64,000 bases of DNA from Dipteris shenzhenensis (lineage: Eukaryota). Under the pieces are notes generated by a model. It made no database searches. It was not told the origin of the DNA and worked only from the letters and a program-made list of their open reading frames with translations. A program made the position numbers and the translations under genes. The stretch is from the NCBI GenBank assembly GCA_047967505.1, contig CM106538.1. One strand, 5' to 3'. Shown in pieces: positions 63,924-64,000 of the stretch (its first letter is position 1; each line of letters opens with the position of its first letter).

Positions 63924-64000
63924 CTGCAAAGTTTCCAAAACTTCAAAGTTACTTGCCAGTAATGGGCATCACCAGCTGCAGAGAAATCAACTGAAAAAAC

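Overview
Eukaryotic nuclear DNA, very TE-rich, most likely from a seed-free vascular plant, probably a fern. That inference rests on a 26-motif PLS-class PPR gene with a DYW:KP-like tail and on GT-AG intron genes. Apparently intact host genes: a single-ORF PLS-PPR RNA-editing factor (28382-31720, +) and the 3' half of a kinesin-5/BimC gene (11 exons, 55464-63923, -). Host-gene remnants: a methylesterase (MES/SABP2-like) pseudogene and an orphan LONELY GUY exon 1. Mobile DNA: a compact Ty3/Gypsy element with a tRNA-Ala-type PBS and an apparent programmed -1 frameshift signal, a Copia gag remnant, an L1-type LINE 3' fragment, a small non-autonomous LTR element interrupted by a chromodomain Gypsy, a hAT remnant, intronic Gypsy fragments, plus satellites and microsatellites. 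The most striking signal is at about 32.7-43.3 kb: a decayed, intron-containing DDE transposase whose spliced C-terminal motifs align gaplessly with the RAG1/Transib catalytic core. It lies next to two further decayed spliced ORFs (one BAH-like) and a repeated ~35-bp terminal-like motif, making it a candidate multi-gene RAG1/Transib-like transposon in a land plant. All family calls are by eye; no database search was run.
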